Of a stretch of 64,000 nucleotides of DNA, positions 47,206-57,474 are shown one piece after another (within the stretch, counting starts at the first letter, position 1; every line of letters begins with the position of its first letter). Position numbers and translations under genes: made by a program. The stretch lies in contig CAWGED010000004.1 of assembly GCA_963821525.1 (NCBI GenBank), positions 32,001 to 96,000 of the forward strand, written 5' to 3'. The notes beneath the pieces are model-generated. The model was not told where the DNA came from and ran no database searches. It saw only the letters and a list, made by a program, of their open reading frames with translations. The stretch comes from an uncultured Gemmatimonadales bacterium. GTDB taxonomy: Bacteria; Gemmatimonadota; Gemmatimonadetes; Gemmatimonadales; GWC2-71-9.

Positions 47206-50191
47206 TCAGCGACTCGCAGTGAGTCGCGTGAGCGCCCGCGCGGCACCCGCTCTCCGCGGTATCAATAGCGAATCAGCCTTCTCCCACGCCCGCACCACCT
47301 GGCGGTAATGCGCTGCCGCGCTGTCTCTTCCGCCGGCTGCTTCCCATGCCTCGCCCAGTCGTTCATGCAGGTCGGTCCGCGTCACATAGAGATTCCCGCC
47401 TTCGAAACTTCCGCGAATCGCCGCCTGCAGGATCGGAATTGCGTCCTTGGGCCGTTTGAGCCGCAACCAGATTGCTGCCAGCTCATAGTTGGTCCGGCTG
47501 AACCCGTCGCTCGGCGAGGTCATCGCCTTTTCGAACGCCTGAGCCGCCTCATATGAGAATCCCCGAGACGCGAGCAACAACCCACGGATGTGGTAGTGCA
47601 ACCGCGCATCCCGGGCAAAACCGCTCGCCTCGGCCAGAGTACGGACAGAATCGGCCAGGACGCTGAGCCGGATGGTATCACCCATCGCAGCAAGCGCGTC
47701 GGCCATGTGGGTCCAGGCCCAGACCCGGTTCCGGGCCAGCGCCGAAGGATCCTCAAACCCGGAAGTGGATTTCGCGATCGAATCGAAGAGGGCAGCCGAC
47801 GCCTGATACTGCCCGCGGTCGAACAGCACCTGGGCCTCGAGGTAGGCACTGGTCGGCGCGCTGCCGGGTGGAGTGGGCTCCGCAAGGTCCCGCCGGTAGC
47901 GGTCTGCTAAATCCAGCGCTTCGGTGTATCGCCCTTCCTGCCGCAGTACGTTGGCCAGCTGCCAGCCCGCTTCCAGCCGGGTCTTGGGCGGCCCGCTCTG
48001 CAGCTCCACCCGCATGATCTGCTCCGCCTCGCCATAGGCGCCGGTGAAGAGATGGATGGCCATGAGAGTGTGGGCAGACTGGAAGCCGTCCGACCCGAGT
48101 GAATCGGCCACATGGAGGGCCGCGAGCGAACTGTCGGCCCAACCGCGCTGGGCCAGGACATTGGCATAGTATCGCCAGGCCTGTGCGGAGCCGGGTTGGA
48201 GCCGGGTCCAGAGTCGCGCGACGCCAAGCGCTCCGGCGATCGAATCGGCCATCAGGTACGACTCGCTGAGCGCCACCAGGCCCTCGCAGGCCATACAGCG
48301 CGGGCTGCGCCCCACCAGACCGAGAGAGTCCCGCGCGATCACTTCGTTCAATGGCTCCCGGGCACCGGCCCAATCGAGAGCCAGCAGCGCACCCTGCCCC
48401 GTGTACAGATACCCTTCGAGCTCCGAGGGATAGCGGACGGTAAGCGTCTCAGCGATGGCACGAAGCGCCGGCGACGAGTTGGCCAGGGCCCAGCTCGCCC
48501 CGATGAGGAGGCGCTCCCGGTCGCTGGCGCCCGCAGACAGGCTCACCGCCCGGCGGAGCCTGCGGAAGTATTCCGTGCGAGTCCCGGCTGAACTGTTGGC
48601 GTAATAGAACTGCGCCATCGCAAACGCAGAATCCTCCTTAAGAGCCTTGGCGAAGAGCTGCTCGGCCTGAGGAAGATTGCTCGCGAAATAGGTTCGGAGT
48701 CCCTCCTCGTAATAGCGATACGCCGCCACCGACCGGGTGGAGACACTGGCCAGCGAGCCCTCTGGAGCGCTGGCACCCAGATCCTGCGCCAGCCGCCGTG
48801 TCCCGGTATCGGCCAGTGCAAAGAGATCGTTCCCCTGAACGGTGTACGCCTGCAGCACCGCGCCGCTTCCCAAGTCTACTCGGCGGAGATCGAGCCTTAG
48901 CTTGTCCGGGCCCACCTGATAGAGAGCGCCGTCCACCAGCTCATTCGCGCCGGCCTTTCGAGCCGCCTCGACGACGACAGCGGCCGTGTCTCCTCCCGTC
49001 GCGAGCTGGCGGAGCAGCTCGTACATCCGGGCGCTGCTTACCACCTGCACACCGCTGGCGCGGGCCAGGTTGGTCGCCAGCATGTCGGAGAGCGGCAATC
49101 CGGCGACCGGCTTTCCACCGGGCTTGGTGTAGTCGGTGATCCGGCCGACCGCGACCAGCGTCGAGGTGCCGGAGGAGGTCAGAGCACTTGCCCGATTCGC
49201 AGTGGCACCCCCTCCCGACGTCAGGCGGCGTCCCGCCAGCCATCCCACACCGAGCAGCACCGCGGCCACTACGGCGACCAGGCGGATACCATTTCTGCCC
49301 CGTGATCCGGCGACGCCGTATTGCGGGGACTTCGGGCCCCGTCGCCGAGCTGATTGCCGCCCACCCACTCGTATGCCTGGAACCGGTGACCGCTTCGCTG
49401 AGGAATTCAGTTGGTGATGTGGGTTCCGGAGGAGCGGGCGCGACTGGCGTGGCCACCGGCTTAAGTCCGGGATCGCTCCGGGCGACACGGCGCAGCTCCT
49501 CGGCTAAGGCGATCACTTCCCGGTCGGGTGGGAGATCAAGCTCCTGTTGCAGCAGGGCCTCGTAGACCTTCGCGTGCTGGAGTGCTGCGGCCTGATCACC
49601 CTGCGCCACGTGAGCCCGCATCAGGGCGACCGCGACCTTGGCATTGAGAGGATCCAGTCCCGCGAGCTTCTTGAACCAGCCTACAGCGGCACGATGGTCG
49701 CCCGCCGCGGTTGCGCGCTGGCCCAGCTGTTCGAGCAGGTCGCCGTATTCCCGAACCAGGGTCTGCCGTTCCTGCTCGCTCCAGCGCTCGAACTCCTCGG
49801 CGCCGGGGAGATGGAACCCGTCGAGGAAGGGGCCACGGTACAACTCGACCGCGCGCTCCAGCGCCCCGGCGGCCAGCGCCGCCCGGAATTCCACCACATC
49901 AGCAGAAATGATTTCGGGATTCAGCCGGAGGTCTTTGACCCCGAGAAAGGCCTCCTCGGAGCCGAGGTCCTGACGCAAGGCGTAGAGGGCCTGGGTCAGG
50001 GCGCGCCGGGCCCGCTCTTCGTCGGCGTCGGGCCAGAGGAAACCGATGATTTTGTCCCGGGTCAGTCCCCTCTCACCCGCCACACCCAGCATCGCCAGCA
50101 GGGCAAGACGGCGTGGCTGGGCCGCCGCCCCAGCCATCGGGCGTCCAGCCTGCGTGACGTAAAGTGCACCTAAGACATTGATGTAAAGCAA
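47206..50191 (-). CDS. SARP/BTAD-domain transcriptional regulator with TM segment and TPR-rich C-terminus (frameshift near 49290)
   Basis: N-terminal TRDKIIGFLWPD, LYRGPFLDGF and FERW; then a hydrophobic segment, a TolB_N-like region and helical repeats. Confidence 0.85.
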
Positions 50192-50328
50192 GTTATGTCA
50201 GGTGACTTTCGAGTGATTTTTCCGCGTCCTGGGCGGGACTTCGCCGTGAGGGCGCTCTTTATACTAGGCCCCGTTGAAGCTGCCGGCAATGAACGGCAAA
50301 CGCGCAACCCAGCGAAGGAGAGGCTCCA

Positions 50329-51285
50329 ATGAAGTCCGTGATTCTGCCGCCCCTGACGGTCTTGACGATGGCAACAGTCGCGCGAATCGAAGGTCCTTCC
50401 TTCACCGCAGCGGTGAGCGGATCGGTCCAGACCGTTCTCTCCGGCAATGCGGTCTTCGGTCCGGTCCGGGGCCAGGCCAACATCCCGGGATCCTTTTCGC
50501 TGACGCTTGGCGCCTATAGCGACAACGGCGCGGTGGTGTTCAGCCGGGTCGCCACGGGACAGCCGAAGCTGGGGACCTATCGGGTGACGGCCTTCACCGG
50601 CGGGCCGGAAAAGGATGACGAGTTCCACGCCCTGGTATCGCTGGGCTCGGCCGGCAATCCGGTGGGAGCGTTCCGGGGAATGAGCGGTACGGTCACGATC
50701 ACTCAGTCATCCCCCGACCGGATCGTGGGACGCTATGAGCTGCACGCCGTCGGGTTCATGGCGACGGACATGAATGATGAAGAGCGGGAGATCACGGTGC
50801 GCGGCTCCTTTGCGGCCAGAGCGAGCTCGCTTCCCTCGACCTTCCGCGCCGCGATCCGTGGTGCAGTGGGGATTGCGGTCAACGGCGAGTCGGAATTCGG
50901 GACGGCCTGGTCGAGTGAAGGGAACCGGTTCTCGCTGACGATGGGAACCAATACCGAGGCGTCGCTTGTGCTCTCGCGTAACATCGTGGCTCGTCCCGGC
51001 ACCGGGGTCTATCACATCACCCCGGAAACCATCAGAGATGACGGGGCATTTCACGGAGTAGTGGTTACCGGCGAACTCAGCCATCCGACCGGTGTGTTCC
51101 GGATCAAGAGCGGCACGATCACGGTCACTTCCTCCTCGGTGGAGCGGATCTCCGGAAGCTTTGAGATGCAGGCGGAAGGTTTTCTGGCGGAAGACATGGA
51201 TGACGAAACGCGCACGGTGACGGTCTCTGGCACCTTCAGTGCCACGCCAAGCGCGCCAATAGCACCTCTAACCCTGAGGCAGTAG
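50329..51285 (+). CDS. Hypothetical beta-rich protein made of two tandem ~140-aa repeats
   Basis: GGAG RBS. SGTVTITQSSPDRIVGRYELHAVGF aligns with SGTITVTSSSVERISGSFEMQAEGF. Confidence 0.8.
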   Translation: MKSVILPPLTVLTMATVARIEGPSFTAAVSGSVQTVLSGNAVFGPVRGQANIPGSFSLTLGAYSDNGAVVFSRVATGQPKLGTYRVTAFTGGPEKDDEFHALVSLGSAGNPVGAFRGMSGTVTITQSSPDRIVGRYELHAVGFMATDMNDEEREITVRGSFAARASSLPSTFRAAIRGAVGIAVNGESEFGTAWSSEGNRFSLTMGTNTEASLVLSRNIVARPGTGVYHITPETIRDDGAFHGVVVTGELSHPTGVFRIKSGTITVTSSSVERISGSFEMQAEGFLAEDMDDETRTVTVSGTFSATPSAPIAPLTLRQ

Positions 51286-51294
51286 GAGTTGAGC

Positions 51295-51390
51295 ATGCAG
51301 ACATTCAACCGAGTCCGGTCGCTGTTCGCCTGGTGGCGGGCGCTACGGACCATGAACCAGATCCTGGGATCGAGCACCTTGGGACGGTAG
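51295..51390 (+). CDS. Micro-ORF MQTFNRVRSLFAWWRALRTMNQILGSSTLGR
   Basis: An AGGAG RBS overlaps the upstream stop, and the ORF fills the operon gap. Confidence 0.5.
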   Translation: MQTFNRVRSLFAWWRALRTMNQILGSSTLGR

Positions 51391-51397
51391 GAGCATC

Positions 51398-51508
51398 ATG
51401 CAGAACAATGAACGCGTCTCGCATCTGGGCGACGAGCGGACTACAAGGCCAGTGGAACGGACCAGCGGCAGACTGGCACCCACGGTCTACCTGAGGACGG
51501 AGAAGTAG
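51398..51508 (+). CDS. Micro-ORF MQNNERVSHLGDERTTRPVERTSGRLAPTVYLRTEK
   Basis: An AGGAG RBS overlaps the previous stop. Confidence 0.4.
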   Translation: MQNNERVSHLGDERTTRPVERTSGRLAPTVYLRTEK

Positions 51509-51512
51509 GACG

Positions 51513-51992
51513 ATGCGCCTCGAGTATCTCGCGGACCGGCCGGAATTCATCCTGCCGGTGGCAACCTGGATCTATCAGGAGTGGCCGGAAGAGTTCGCGA
51601 CCGTCGGGTTGGATGCGTGGCTGGCCGAGTTCAGGGGCACGCTCATGCGGGATGGAATCCCTACGACCTTCGTGGCGAGCGAGGGCCCCGGACTGCTGGG
51701 GACCGCGAGCCTGATCGCCTCGGATCTTCCCGAACGCCCCGCTCTGTCACCGTGGCTGGCCTCGGTGTACGTGTTGCCCAGGTATCGCAAGGCCGGAATC
51801 GCCACCGCGCTGATCGGGAGAGTCCTCGCACAAGCGAGCTGGCTGGGGATGGAGCAGGTCTATCTCCAGACCGAGAGCGCGGTCGAATTCTACCAGCGCC
51901 ACGGCTGGGTCGAGCGCGAGCAGCTGGAACTCAATGGCCGTGTGGTCACAGTGATGTCGAAAAACCTCGGCCTTGCCAGGAGAACGGCGTGA
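51513..51992 (+). CDS. GNAT N-acetyltransferase
   Basis: PWLASVYVLPRYRKAGIATALI and FYQRHGW. Confidence 0.9.
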   Translation: MRLEYLADRPEFILPVATWIYQEWPEEFATVGLDAWLAEFRGTLMRDGIPTTFVASEGPGLLGTASLIASDLPERPALSPWLASVYVLPRYRKAGIATALIGRVLAQASWLGMEQVYLQTESAVEFYQRHGWVEREQLELNGRVVTVMSKNLGLARRTA

Positions 51993-52471
51993 CTCCCGAT
52001 CCAGTACGACTGATCCGCGTTTCCTGGCACCAGATCTCCACCCGACGCGAGCTGACCGCGGTGATGTTCTACGGCCGGCTTTTCGAGCTCGAGCCGGATC
52101 TGCGGGAAATGTTCCGCGATACCGATCTCCACCGGCAGCGCGCCAAGTTCATCGCGATGGTCGACCTCCTGGTGCGGTTTGCGGACCAGCCCGATGATCT
52201 GATCCGCGAAGCGGCACAGCTGGGACGCCGGCATGCCACTCTGAATCTGAGCAGCCGGAATTACGAAGTGGCAGGAGAGGCCTTGCTGTGGACTCTCGAG
52301 CGTTCGCTGGGGCTCGATTTCACTCCTGCGACGCGCGCCGCGTGGACTGAGCTGTATGCGCTGGTCGCCTCCGTGATGCGCCGGGTCTCGGGCCGGATTT
52401 CGGGCGCCACAGTGACGGTGCCCCATCTTCCGCCGAATGAGGGCTCAGGTAGCTTTCCCGGATGCACATAA
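51989..52471 (+). CDS. Single-domain globin (flavohemoglobin-globin-like)
   Basis: FYGRLFELEPDLREMF, LGRRH and GEALLWTL...AAWTELY. GTGA overlap with the GNAT. Confidence 0.85.
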   Translation: MTPDPVRLIRVSWHQISTRRELTAVMFYGRLFELEPDLREMFRDTDLHRQRAKFIAMVDLLVRFADQPDDLIREAAQLGRRHATLNLSSRNYEVAGEALLWTLERSLGLDFTPATRAAWTELYALVASVMRRVSGRISGATVTVPHLPPNEGSGSFPGCT

Positions 52472-54492
52472 TCGAACGCCTCTGCCCCGCGCTGTTCCTT
52501 CTCGTTCCACAATTCGCCACTCCACTCACCGGTCAACAGACCGGCGGCCGGCCCGTCACGATCGAGGACCAGTTCGCGATCAAGGACGTAAGCGACCCCC
52601 GGATTTCTCCGGACGGCAAGTGGGTAGCCTACGTGGTCAGCCAGAAGGACCTGGAGGAAGATCTCAACCAGAGCGATGTCTGGATGACCAGCTGGGACGG
52701 CGCCACCACCGTCCAGCTGACTCACACCAAGAAGGAAAGTGAGAGCGATCCCGGCTGGAGTCCCGACGGGAAGTACCTGGCATTCCTTTCCGACAGAGAA
52801 GACGAGAACGAGGCCTCACAACTCTGGCTGCTCAACACCGCAGGCGGAGAGGCGGAGCGGCTCACCGACGGCAAGAACGGCATCGAGAGCTTTGCCTGGG
52901 CCCCGGACGGCAAGCGGATGGTGTTCGTCATCGAAGATGGTGACTCGGTCGAAGTCGGCGGGACCGACACCACGCACAAGGAGACTCCAAAGCCGATCGT
53001 CGTCGACCGGTACTATTTCAAGGAGGACTACACCGGTTACCTGGGCCGCAAGCGGGCTCACCTGTACCTCTTTGATGTCGCGACCAGGATCACCACCCAG
53101 CTCACCTCGGGCGATCACAATGAATCGCTGCCATCGTGGTCTCCCGACGGGAAGTCGATCGCTTTCGTCAGCAAAGGAGCGGAAGACTGGGACCGGAACG
53201 ACAACTACGATGTTTACGTGGTGGACGCGACTCCCGGCGCCACGCCGCGGCAGCTGACCACCTTCGAAGGGCCCGACGCGGAACCTGACTGGGAGAGCCC
53301 GCCGGCCTGGAGTCCGGACGGGAAACAGATCGCCTACCTGCAGGGCGGGCCACTCAAGCTGATCTACTACGCGGGGCACAAAGTCGCGGTCATTCCCGCG
53401 GCGGGCGGCACTCCGAAGATTTTAACGGGCACTCTCGATCGGAACACCGATCTCCTCCGGTGGTCGGCGGACGGGAATACCCTGCTCTTCCTGGTGGAGG
53501 ACGACAGGACCCAGTACCTGGCCAGCATGCCTGCGGCCGGCGGATCCATCAAGAAGCTCCTGAGCGGCCGGAGTGCCGTGACCGAATATTCCGCCGCCGA
53601 CAACGGGCGGACCGCGGTTCTCTGGGAAGATCCCTCCAAGCCCGCCGAGATCTACGCTGTGGAGGACGGGAAGACTCGGCAGCTGTCGCATCAGAACGAT
53701 TCGCTGCTTGCCACGCTCAAGATGGGCAAGACCGAGGAGATCTCGGTCAAGAGCAAGGATGGAACGACCATCAATGGCTTCATTGTGCTGCCGCCGGACT
53801 ACGAACCGGGCAAGAAGTATCCGACGATTCTGCGCTTACACGGCGGTCCGGTGGGGCAGTTTCCGCTCGACTTCAATTTCATGTTCCAGGTTTTCGCGGC
53901 GAATGGTTATGTGGTAGTCGCGACCAATCCCCGCGGCAGCTCAGGACGCGGCGAGAAGTTCAGCTTGGTGATCTACGCCGACTGGGGCAACAAGGACGTG
54001 GAGGACGTTCTGGCAGGAGTGAACTACACCGTCGCCAAGGGGATTTCCGACCCCGACCACCTCGGCGTCGGTGGATGGAGCTATGGCGGCATTCTGACCA
54101 ACTACGTGATCGCCTCGGACACCCGGTTCAAGGCGGCGGTAAGCGGCGCCGGTAGCTCGGACATATTCGCCGGTTACGGGACAGACATGTACGTGCGGGA
54201 GTATGACACCGAGCTGGGTCCCCCATGGAAGAGCACCGAGGTATATCTCAAGCTGTCCTATCCCTTCCTGCACGCCGACCGGATCAAGACCCCAACACTC
54301 TTCCTTGGCGGGCAGAAGGACTTCAACGTGCCGTTGCTCAACTCGGAGCAGATGTACCAGGCATTGCGTACACTGGGAGTTCCCACCCAGCTGATCATCT
54401 ACCCCAACCAGTACCACGGCATCTCCAAGCCGAGCTATGTGAAGGATCGGTTGGAGCGGTATGTGGCGTGGTATGACGAGTATTTGAAGTAG
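52462..54492 (+). CDS. S9 family peptidase with beta-propeller
   Basis: SPDG repeats, HGGP, GWSYGG, and the DFNV and YHG triad positions. Confidence 0.95.
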   Translation: MHIIERLCPALFLLVPQFATPLTGQQTGGRPVTIEDQFAIKDVSDPRISPDGKWVAYVVSQKDLEEDLNQSDVWMTSWDGATTVQLTHTKKESESDPGWSPDGKYLAFLSDREDENEASQLWLLNTAGGEAERLTDGKNGIESFAWAPDGKRMVFVIEDGDSVEVGGTDTTHKETPKPIVVDRYYFKEDYTGYLGRKRAHLYLFDVATRITTQLTSGDHNESLPSWSPDGKSIAFVSKGAEDWDRNDNYDVYVVDATPGATPRQLTTFEGPDAEPDWESPPAWSPDGKQIAYLQGGPLKLIYYAGHKVAVIPAAGGTPKILTGTLDRNTDLLRWSADGNTLLFLVEDDRTQYLASMPAAGGSIKKLLSGRSAVTEYSAADNGRTAVLWEDPSKPAEIYAVEDGKTRQLSHQNDSLLATLKMGKTEEISVKSKDGTTINGFIVLPPDYEPGKKYPTILRLHGGPVGQFPLDFNFMFQVFAANGYVVVATNPRGSSGRGEKFSLVIYADWGNKDVEDVLAGVNYTVAKGISDPDHLGVGGWSYGGILTNYVIASDTRFKAAVSGAGSSDIFAGYGTDMYVREYDTELGPPWKSTEVYLKLSYPFLHADRIKTPTLFLGGQKDFNVPLLNSEQMYQALRTLGVPTQLIIYPNQYHGISKPSYVKDRLERYVAWYDEYLK

Positions 54493-54544
54493 CCGATAGT
54501 CATGGTCGTGGGTCGTGAGTCGTCGCGTCCTGAGCCTTCGCCGA

Positions 54545-56198
54545 ATGGCCTCGACTCCAGACCATCGACCATCGACCGCCCTCTTCGAAGCGCAGACCCG
54601 CGACAAATGGCAACGCCAGTCCGCGACCCGGATTCTAGGCAAGATCGGCCTGCCCGCCCCGCTCAAGGACCTCGCCTCACGGCGATGGGACGTGATCATC
54701 GTGGGCGGCGGGCACAACGGGCTTACCTGCGCTTTCTATCTCGCCCGGGCGGGCAAGAAGGTGCTGGTGCTCGAGGCGCGGGAGCGGATCGGAGGCGCCT
54801 GTACACTGGAAGAAACCTGGCCCGGTTTCCGAGTCTCTCCCTGCGCATACGTCGTGGGCTTGTTGCATCCTCTGGTCATCGAAGAATTGGAACTGCCTCG
54901 ACGGGGATACCGCTGGACCCCGGCGATGGGCGGCTATTTCGTCCCGTTCGACGACGGCACGAGTCTCCAGCTGTGGGACGATGAGGCCAAGGCGGACGAG
55001 GAGCTGAAGCGTTTCAGCCCCAGGGATGTCGAAGGGCGGCACGCCATGCACGCCCTGATGCACCGGGTGTGCGACGCGATTCGTCCGCTGGGAGATCGGG
55101 ACGTGTGGATCGGTCGAGCGCCGACCCGGGAGCAGCTCGAGGAACGACTGGGACATGACCCCGACGCGATCGGCCTCCTGTTTGAATGGTCCATGGCCGA
55201 GCTGATGGAGCGGTATCTGACCGACGAGCGGATGCAGATCGCGTACATGGGTCAGGGCGTGGTAGGGACCTTTGCGAGCCCCTACGACCCAGGCACTGCA
55301 TCCATCTACTTCCATCACTACTGCGGCCGGCTCGATGGTGGCGAACCCGGTGGCTGGGGCTACGTCACCGGTGGAATGGGGACGGTCTCGTTCCTGATCC
55401 ACGACGCCGCGATCGAGGCAGGGGCGGTGGTTGCAGCGGGAGTACCGGTGAGCCGGATAGTCCCCGGCGAAGGGGTCGAGCTGGCCGGCGGCGATCGGAT
55501 TCAGGCGCCAGTGGTGGTTTCCAACGCGGATCCCATCGTGACCTCCCGCCTGCTGGGAGACTCCGCCGATGCCGGCTGGCGCACGGCGGGTCGAAGCGGT
55601 GCCGATGCGGAGCTGCACGGTGAAGGTGAATGCGGCACTCGCCGAGCTGCCCAACTTCAAGGCGAGGCCCGGTACCCGGATGCCGCACCACCTGGCGACG
55701 ATCAACACCCCACTAACCAAAGCCGAGTGGAAGGAGTGCTACGCCGACGCGGTTGCCGGGCGACTCCCGAAACGGTTGTGGACCGAGATCTACCTGCAGA
55801 CGGCGTATGATCCGAGTGTGGCGCCTCCGGGCCGTCACATCATGAGCGTCTTCTCGCAGTACGTGCCCCACACGTTCGCGCAGGGCGATTGGGACACCCA
55901 TCGTGCGGCGGCGGGAAAGCTGGTGATCGATTCGATCGGCCGCTTCTGCAGCAATATCCCCGACGCGATCCTCGACATGGAAACCCTGGGCCCACCCGAC
56001 GTGGAGGCCAAGGTGGGGCTAACGGGGGGACACATCTTCCAGGGCGAGTGCCTGCCGCCGTACATGTGGAGCAATCGTCTCGAATACCGCACGCCGATGA
56101 AGGGCGTATACCTCTGCGGCGCCTGCACCCATCCCGGCGGAAGCGTGATCGGGATCAACGGGCGGAACGCGGCGATGGAGGTGTTGGGGAAGCTGTAG
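54545..56198 (+). CDS. Phytoene-desaturase-family FAD oxidoreductase (frameshift near 55585)
   Basis: VGGGHNGL, LEARERIGG, GGMG and CGACTHPGG. Confidence 0.9.
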
Positions 56199-56500
56199 AC
56201 GGGAGACGGGAGACGGGAGACGGGAGACGGGAGTCGGGAGACGGGAGACGGGAATCACAGAGGCACAGAGAGCACAGAGGTCTCAGGCCGACTCGACAAT
56301 ATCTAGTTTGCTATCACGAGCGCACGAAGAACACAAAGAAACACAAAGAGTGGAAGCGCAGAGACGCAGAGAACACAGAGGAAGGATTATTGAACGGGGC
56401 CACGATCCTTCGGTTGAAACATTGAATGACGGAGAGGCACAGAGAAGGCTATGAACCCTGAGACCGCGTGCGGACCCTCTGCGCCCTCTGCGTCTCTGTG
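56197..56500. repeat. GACGGGA heptamer array followed by CACAGAG-type repeats and their inverse
   Basis: Seen directly. Confidence 0.75.
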
Positions 56501-57380
56501 TTGTGTTTTTCTACCAGGAGAGTCCGCACTGGGGCAGAAGGCCCCGCCGGACTCGACGTTCGTCGTCCTGCTGGGCACCGGAAACCCCTATCCCGATCCC
56601 AACGCGCAGGGCCCCGCCACCGCTGTAGTACTGGGGACGCGCGTCTTCCTCATCGACGCCGGACCGGGCGTCATGCGACAAATGCGGGCAGCGAACCTCA
56701 CGATTCGCGGACCCGAGGCCGTCTTCTTCACCCATCTGCACAGCGATCACACCCTGGGCTATCCCGATCTGATCTTCACCTCCTGGGTAATGGGCCGGAC
56801 CGCACCGCTCGAATCGTACGGACCTCCCGGACTCCGGGCGATGACCGATCACCTCACCGCGGCGTACGCGGAAGACATCCAGGTCCGCGAACAGGGTCTC
56901 GAACACCAGACCCCGGGTGCTTGGAAGGTCAACGTCCACGAGATCAAACCCGGCGTGATCTACAAGAAAGATGGCGTCACCGTCACCGCCATCTCAGTTC
57001 CCCATGGGAGCTGGAAGACCGCTTTCGGCTATCGGATCGACACACCCGACCGCTCGGTGGTGATCTCGGGGGACACCCGGCCGAGTAAAGAGCTGGAAAA
57101 GGCGGCGAAGGGAGTCGATGTTCTGGTACACGAGGTCTACCCCGAAGCGAAGATCAAGCCCGAGGAGCGTCTTGGCGGCAGCGACTGGCCCAAGTACATG
57201 CGCTCCTTCCATACCTCCGACAAGGAACTTGGGGCTCTCGCCGCCCGTAGTGGACCTCGCCTTCTCATTCTCTATCACATCGTGCGCATGGGCGGTACCG
57301 ACGACGAATTGCTCGCCGGAGTACGGGCGGGTGGGTTCAAGGGGCGGGTGGTGGTAGGGAAGGATTTGGGGAAGTACTAA
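56451..57380 (+). CDS. MBL-fold metallo-hydrolase (RNase Z/AtsA-like)
   Basis: LLGTG, THLHSDH, SGDT and LVHE. Start uncertain. Confidence 0.9.
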   Translation: MNPETACGPSAPSASLCCVFLPGESALGQKAPPDSTFVVLLGTGNPYPDPNAQGPATAVVLGTRVFLIDAGPGVMRQMRAANLTIRGPEAVFFTHLHSDHTLGYPDLIFTSWVMGRTAPLESYGPPGLRAMTDHLTAAYAEDIQVREQGLEHQTPGAWKVNVHEIKPGVIYKKDGVTVTAISVPHGSWKTAFGYRIDTPDRSVVISGDTRPSKELEKAAKGVDVLVHEVYPEAKIKPEERLGGSDWPKYMRSFHTSDKELGALAARSGPRLLILYHIVRMGGTDDELLAGVRAGGFKGRVVVGKDLGKY

Positions 57381-57474
57381 GGCGGGAGGGCGGGAAGGGC
57401 GGTCAGGGCGGTCAGCAACAAAGAAGTGAATCTCGGTACTAGGAACTCGGTACTCCCCACACCCAGGCCTAAGA

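Larger units (their letters stand above)
46351..47298 (+). repeat. Peptide cassette copy 2, starting with a 3' stub of the bEBP gene (SRSTLDRKLHG)
   Basis: Direct repeat of copy 1. Confidence 0.9.

Noticed and set aside
45335..47298. Duplicated cassette as an IS/transposon or toxin-antitoxin array
   Set aside because: There is no transposase, terminal inverted repeat or target-site duplication. The peptides are hydrophilic with GG leaders, unlike type I toxins.
56197..56400. Repeat arrays as a CRISPR
   Set aside because: The units are 7-9 nt in direct tandem with no unique spacers, and there are no cas genes.
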